From contig NZ_CP091881.1 in the NCBI RefSeq assembly GCF_022163125.1, positions 4,156,122-4,180,121 of the forward strand: a stretch of 24,000 nucleotides of DNA. The letters are read 5' to 3'. Shown here in pieces: positions 23,474 through 24,000 of the stretch. The translations under genes were made by a program, and so were the position numbers. How positions within the stretch are numbered: position 1 is the stretch's first letter; every line of letters begins with the position of its first letter. Source of the stretch: Paenibacillus sp. HWE-109. GTDB lineage: Bacteria > Bacillota > Bacilli > Paenibacillales > NBRC-103111. The notes beneath the pieces were generated by a model. That model was not told the origin of the DNA, did not search any database, and worked only from the letters and a program-made list of their open reading frames with translations.

Positions 23474-23572
23474 GGGCTCGTCTGATTTTAGGCATGCTGG
23501 GCACCACCATTTATCCGGGTGCATATGCTGTTCACATAATTGATCCTTCGAAGGACAGTGAGGAGTAATACC

Positions 23573-24000
23573 ATGGAAGTGACCTCTTATTTAAAATGGA
23601 ACCCCGTTCTGGCCGACCCCACAGGACAAAGGCAGGCCAAACCTAGAACGCTGGGTCAAACGATGGTTATGGATAAAGGCTTGGGCATGTACGCTTTCCA
23701 GGATTTATTGAACACCTCCAGCAGTCATCTGGACATGATTAAACTTGGCTTCGGCACGTCGCCGCTCTATCCCCAAGACTTATTGAAAAGTAAAATCAAT
23801 TTGGCCAAGGAAAGAGGGATTTGCATCTATCCCGGAGGCACTTTTTTGGAAGTGGCCATTACACAGCATGCTGTAGACTCCTTTTTTGATATGATCATCG
23901 CACTCGGCTTTAACGGGGTTGAAATTTCCAACGGAACGATTGAAATAGAACGCAAACTCAGAAATGAATTGATCCTTCGCGGTATGGAAGAGGGTTTGGA
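23573..24000 (+). CDS. Phosphosulfolactate synthase (ComA family, B. subtilis YitD-like), 3'-truncated by the window end
   Basis: ATG 23573 lies 7 nt after GTGAGGAG. My translation MEVTSYLKWNP..KPRTLGQTMVMDKGLG...DMIKLGFGTSPLY...IYPGGTFLEVA...GFNGVEISNGTIE matches the PF02679 pattern (DKGL, KFGWGTS, YPGGT, VEIS.G). The ORF is open to position 24000. Confidence 0.85.
   Translation, partial: MEVTSYLKWNPVLADPTGQRQAKPRTLGQTMVMDKGLGMYAFQDLLNTSSSHLDMIKLGFGTSPLYPQDLLKSKINLAKERGICIYPGGTFLEVAITQHAVDSFFDMIIALGFNGVEISNGTIEIERKLRNELILRGMEEGL

Noticed and set aside
23397-23543. 48-aa + strand ORF (MHDCGVRVSS...) in the yqhV/ComA-like intergenic region
   Set aside because: No Shine-Dalgarno upstream. It translates through the 14-bp inverted repeat, and its Cys/His-rich composition looks like noise.
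1-24000. Search for a novel multi-gene system (defence island, toxin-antitoxin, secretion, mobile element, CRISPR)
   Set aside because: Every ORF of meaningful size is assigned to a well-known family in the conserved B. subtilis-like order. There are no integrase, transposase or phage genes, no tRNA attachment site, no spacer-repeat array, and no unexplained large ORF. Only small non-coding structures and micro-ORFs remain unexplained.

Overview
The window is an almost entirely minus-strand, co-linear block of conserved endospore-former (Bacillales) core genes. The order matches the B. subtilis spo0A to yqhV region: spo0A, spoIVB, recN, argR/ahrC, tlyA-like yqxC, dxs, ispA, xseB, xseA, folD, nusB, an asp23-amaP-DUF2273 module, accC, accB, spoIIIAH through spoIIIAA, and yqhV. 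The left end (1-2086) is the only accessory-looking part. It holds a tiny YjcZ-like peptide, a DUF402 phosphatase-like gene, a 36-aa membrane peptide, a DinB-family gene and a ~420-bp gene-free but highly structured gap. The right end starts a plus-strand phosphosulfolactate synthase (ComA-family) gene that runs off the window. Protein similarity and mixed GC suggest a Paenibacillus-like host, which is inference only. I see no tRNA, rRNA, CRISPR array, transposase, integrase, phage or defence-type gene, and no convincing previously undescribed multi-gene system. Every ORF of meaningful size is explained by a well-known family in conserved synteny. Several ORF-track entries are N-terminally over-extended (AmaP, SpoIIIAG, AE, AD, AC, AA); I re-set their starts using RBS spacing. 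What the gene list leaves unexplained is small-scale. There is a dyad-symmetric repeat array with an 85-nt hairpin downstream of spo0A. There is a sharp GC-rich mosaic segment inside xseA. An exact 13-nt palindromic motif is shared by the nusB-folD and accB-accC spacers. Several leader and intercistronic hairpins are present. spoIIIAH contains a 12-nt tandem coding repeat. A 14-bp perfect inverted repeat sits in the yqhV/ComA-like divergent region.
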